Shown here piece after piece: positions 60,927-64,000 of a DNA stretch of 64,000 bases (position 1 is its first letter; every line of letters starts with the position of its first letter). A model generated the notes under the pieces. It had not been told where the DNA came from. It made no database searches and saw only the letters and a program-made list of their open reading frames with translations. Source of the stretch: an uncultured Bacilli bacterium (GTDB lineage: Bacteria; Bacillota_I; Bacilli_A; RF39; UBA660); contig CAKPGR010000002.1 of NCBI GenBank assembly GCA_934155005.1, positions 21,415 through 85,414 on the forward strand, given 5' to 3'. A program made the position numbers and the translations under genes.

Positions 60927-61026
60927 ACCATTAATCCTTTCTACATACAAAAAAGAGAGGTTTTGTACCCCCCCCCCCGACTTTGAAATTTTTTTATCTC
61001 TCAGTCAATATTATTATTTAATTTTA
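60927..61026 (-). promoter_or_regulatory. Poly-G leader cassette, copy 6 (5'-shortened)
   Basis: Invariant core present, C11 at 60968-60978, stem variant CCTCTC. TAAAAT at 61021-61026 overlaps the yneF stop. There are 13 nt fewer between TAAAAT and TTGACT, and no -35 match. Confidence 0.6.
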
Positions 61027-61236
61027 ATCCATATATTTACTCATTTGTTTCATCATTTGATTAACTTGCTTTTGACTAGGTGTTCTACCCATTCCCATCA
61101 TCATTGTTTTAATCATTTGTTCATTTATTGGTGGATTTTTCTTTAAATATTTTTGCATATATTTCTTTGCTAATAAAAATCCTATTACTAAGCCAATTAT
61201 TAAACCTACTATTATTAATAATATATCGTGTAACAT
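61024..61236 (-). CDS. yneF: UPF0154 (YneF-like) small membrane protein
   Basis: 70 aa, N-terminal TM, then [32 protein letters not shown], which is typical of the family. Confidence 0.8.
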   Translation of the reverse strand: MLHDILLIIVGLIIGLVIGFLLAKKYMQKYLKKNPPINEQMIKTMMMGMGRTPSQKQVNQMMKQMSKYMD

Positions 61237-61286
61237 ATAATCATCCTTTCTCGTTTATTATACTTTATTTTAAAATTTTATTCAAC

Positions 61287-63791
61287 TTATTTTAAATCTT
61301 TAAGAAAATCGTCTATTGTAAGTATTTTTTCATCAATAGTTTCTAAATCAACATTTTCTTTTTCAATTTTTTCTTTTTTTGTTTCTTTTGTTACAAGGTT
61401 TACTTTCTTAAAAATATTTTCTACTGGTTCTTTTATTATGCTTGAACCTGATGAATAACGATCTGATATTGGAAATTCTGTTAGCTTAATTTCTTTTATT
61501 TCATCGTCTAATTTAAAACATAAGCTTTCTTTATAATTTATGATAAAGACAGCAACAATATGATATGGATTTGTTTTTATATCTCTTATAATTTGAACAC
61601 CACGTCTTGCTCTTGATATATAATCAAATTCTGATAGTTTAATTCTTTTTGCTGTATTTTTATCTGTAATAACAGTTAAATATTCCATATCACTTCCGTA
61701 TATTATTCCTTTAATTACAAAGTCATTTTTTAAAGTTATCGCTTTAACGCCACTTGTTTTTAATCCTGTTGTAGGAATCTCTTCTGTTTTAAATAATAAT
61801 CCATATCCTAAATTAGTTGTAACAAAGGTATTTATGTCATTATTACTACTTATATTAACAACTAAATCATCACCTTTTAATTTCATAAAACAAATTGGTT
61901 TTGAATATCTAAGTGCTTTAAAATCAATTAATTTTGTTCTCTTTACCATACCATTTTTAGTAAAGCTTGTAATATAAGTATCACTTTTAAAGTCATATAC
62001 TGGATAACTACCAATTATATTTTCATCAGATTTAATCGGAATAATATTACTTATATGTTTTCCAAGTTCCTTCCATTTTAAATCAGGAATATCGTGAACA
62101 GGAATATGTAAATAATTACCTTTATCAGTAAATAATAGTAATGTATCCATTGTATTCATTTTATATTTTGAAATAACGAAATCGGAATCTTTTAATCCTG
62201 TTTCATCAGTATTTGCTTCATATATTCTATTACTTACTCTTTTTATATATCCTTCATTAGTTAATATAACTACAACATCCTCTTTTGGAATCATTTTTTT
62301 AGTGTCAATTTTAATTTCTGTAATTTCATCTTTTATTTCCGACTTACGAGGAGTAGCATACTCATCTTTTATTTTCTTTAATTCATGTTTCATTAAAGCT
62401 TTCATTTTATTTTCATCATTTAGTATAAGTTCTAAGGCCTTAATCTTATTTTTAAGATCAGCTTGTTCTTCTTCTAATTCTACAACATCAGTATTAGTTA
62501 AACGATAAAGTTGTAATGTAACAATAGCCTCTGCTTGTTCCTCTGTAAATTCAAATTTTTTAATTAAGTTTATTTTTGAATCAGCTTTATTCTTACTTTG
62601 TCTGATCGTTTTTATAACATCATCTAATATAGAGATTGCTTTTATTAAACCTTCTATAATATGCATTCTTTTTTTATAGACTGCTAAATCAAAGTCACAT
62701 CTTCTTGTTATAACAGTCTTTTGATGTTCTATATAAGAATCTAGTATCTTTAAAATACCTACTGTCATTGGTCTACCATTATCAATAGCAACCATGTTAT
62801 AGTTATAAGAAATTTGTAAATCTGTATTTTTAAGTAAATAATTTATTATCAATTCTTTATCTGCATCTTTTTTTAAGATAATAGCTATTTTGGTTTGGTC
62901 TTCAAAGTTTGATTCATCTAATACTTCAACAATTCCGTCTATTTTTTTATCTATTCTAATTTCATCTATTTTTCTAACCAACGCAGCTTTGTTTACATCA
63001 AAAGGTATTTCTGAAACAACAATTTGTTCTTTTCCATTTTCTTTTTTAAATTCATATTTAGAACGAATTATAACTTTACCACGGCCTGTTGTAAAAGCAT
63101 CAATTATCCCTTTTTTTCCTTCTACAATAGCGCCAGTTGGAAAATCTGGCCCTTTTACTATATCTAAAATTGTATCTAGTCTACAATTTGGACTATCAAT
63201 TCTTTTTATTGTTGCTTCTATTACTTCTCCTAAATTATGTGTTGGTATATTAGTTGCATATCCAGCACTTATTCCATTTGCCCCATTAACAAGCAAATTA
63301 GGATATTTAGCAGGAAGAACAACTGGTTCTTTTAAAGTATCATCAAAGTTCCATACCATATCAACAGTATCTTTATCGATATCTTTTAAGAGTTCATTGC
63401 TTATTTTAGAAAGTCTAGCTTCTGTATAACGCATAGCGGCAGCACTATCACCATCTATAGATCCATTATTACCATGCATATCTATATATGGCGTATTTTG
63501 TTTCCACCACTGACTCATACGAACCATCGCATCATATATTGAAGAATCCCCATGAGGGTGATAATTACCCATTATATTACCAACTGCTTTAGCTGACTTT
63601 TTATATGCTTTATCAAAAGTATTTTTATCTCGATACATGGCATATAAAATTCTTCTTTGAACAGGCTTAAGGCCATCTCTAATATCTGGTAATGCCCTAT
63701 CTTGAATAATTGATTTAGAATATCTACCAAATCTATCTCCCATTATTTCTTCTAATGTATATTCATAAATTTTATTAAGTACTGTCTCCAT
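61287..63791 (-). CDS. parC: DNA topoisomerase IV subunit A
   Basis: LEEIMGDRFGRYSKSIIQDRALPDIRDGLKPVQRRILYAM...AAMRYTEARLS is the ParC-type pattern (QRRILY), not GyrA-type. ATG 63791 has an AAAGGTGG SD; the track start at 63836 is an extension. Confidence 0.9.
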   Translation of the reverse strand: METVLNKIYEYTLEEIMGDRFGRYSKSIIQDRALPDIRDGLKPVQRRILYAMYRDKNTFDKAYKKSAKAVGNIMGNYHPHGDSSIYDAMVRMSQWWKQNTPYIDMHGNNGSIDGDSAAAMRYTEARLSKISNELLKDIDKDTVDMVWNFDDTLKEPVVLPAKYPNLLVNGANGISAGYATNIPTHNLGEVIEATIKRIDSPNCRLDTILDIVKGPDFPTGAIVEGKKGIIDAFTTGRGKVIIRSKYEFKKENGKEQIVVSEIPFDVNKAALVRKIDEIRIDKKIDGIVEVLDESNFEDQTKIAIILKKDADKELIINYLLKNTDLQISYNYNMVAIDNGRPMTVGILKILDSYIEHQKTVITRRCDFDLAVYKKRMHIIEGLIKAISILDDVIKTIRQSKNKADSKINLIKKFEFTEEQAEAIVTLQLYRLTNTDVVELEEEQADLKNKIKALELILNDENKMKALMKHELKKIKDEYATPRKSEIKDEITEIKIDTKKMIPKEDVVVILTNEGYIKRVSNRIYEANTDETGLKDSDFVISKYKMNTMDTLLLFTDKGNYLHIPVHDIPDLKWKELGKHISNIIPIKSDENIIGSYPVYDFKSDTYITSFTKNGMVKRTKLIDFKALRYSKPICFMKLKGDDLVVNISSNNDINTFVTTNLGYGLLFKTEEIPTTGLKTSGVKAITLKNDFVIKGIIYGSDMEYLTVITDKNTAKRIKLSEFDYISRARRGVQIIRDIKTNPYHIVAVFIINYKESLCFKLDDEIKEIKLTEFPISDRYSSGSSIIKEPVENIFKKVNLVTKETKKEKIEKENVDLETIDEKILTIDDFLKDLK

Positions 63792-63839
63792 GTAACCACC
63801 TTTGTTCATTATAACAAAAAAACAATGATTTAGCAAAAG

Positions 63840-64000
63840 TTATATTACTTTTTTCATTGTTTTACTTTTAACATAATATTCTAATTCAATATAATTATCT
63901 AGTTTTTCTAAAATTTGTTTAGAATTATTATCTGGCATTCTTAAAATAAAAAGTTTTATAGTTTCTAAAATATTTATAACTGACCCATATAAACATTTTT
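63840..64000 (-). CDS. 3' end of an unidentified gene entering from the right window edge
   Basis: My translation of the open frame is ...KCLYGSVINILETIKLFILRMPDNNSKQILEKLDNYIELEYYVKSKTMKKVI, with a stop at 63840-63842. It does not resemble a ParE C-terminus. Confidence 0.3.
   Translation of the reverse strand, partial: KCLYGSVINILETIKLFILRMPDNNSKQILEKLDNYIELEYYVKSKTMKKVI

Noticed and set aside
6487-61026. The six-copy repeat as a CRISPR array, or as a MITE/IS-type mobile element.
   Set aside because: Copies are 4-22 kb apart, always in the same orientation, and fused to the start of a family gene. I saw no terminal inverted repeats, target-site duplications, transposase, integrase or cas genes in the window.
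63840-64000. Partial ORF upstream of parC taken as the end of parE.
   Set aside because: Its C-terminal sequence (…LEKLDNYIELEYYVKSKTMKKVI) does not resemble GyrB/ParE C-termini as I recall them. It is left as unidentified.
1-64000. Alternative genetic code (UGA read as Trp), suggested by the extreme AT richness and the Mollicutes-like composition.
   Set aside because: Long conserved genes (polC, rpoB, rpoC, uvrA, dnaK) are intact and of normal length under code 11. Trp positions are encoded by TGG.

Overview
Very AT-rich, low-GC Firmicutes-type chromosome segment (PolC, SpoIVB, SigG and HrcA/CIRCE present; standard code 11). It holds about 60 genes, all but two on the minus strand. Most are ordinary core genes: cdsA-rseP, spoIVB, xseAB-nusB, frr, phosphoketolase, holA, a two-component system, sigG, hrcA-grpE-dnaK-pepF-dnaJ, ldh, a GGDEF protein, tRNA-Arg(CCU), rubrerythrin/Fur, polC, rmuC, uvrA, rpoBC, rplKAJL, secE-nusG and parC. 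No rRNA, CRISPR array, transposase or integrase was seen. The unusual signal is a dispersed six-member gene family at 5656-6486, 9231-10226, 25919-26725, 31870-32865, 48144-48716 and 60219-60926. These secreted or pilin-like proteins are built from shuffled modules: two N-terminal export types and three C-terminal domain types, one tail-fibre-like with HxH motifs and one DUF1566/Lcl-like. Each gene is preceded by the same nearly invariant cassette, consisting of a TTGAAA-17-TGTTAAAAT promoter and a ~95-nt leader. The leader carries a G9-G11 homopolymer (C run on the + strand) that forms the 5' arm of a terminator-like hairpin followed by a U tract. I read this as a candidate phase-variable and/or attenuation-controlled surface-protein system that I cannot match to any described leader or repeat family. 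Homopolymer lengths could also be assembly error. Several ORF-track starts are over-extended through alternative start codons and were trimmed using SD spacing and homolog N-termini. All similarity statements rest on motif recognition from memory, not on searches.
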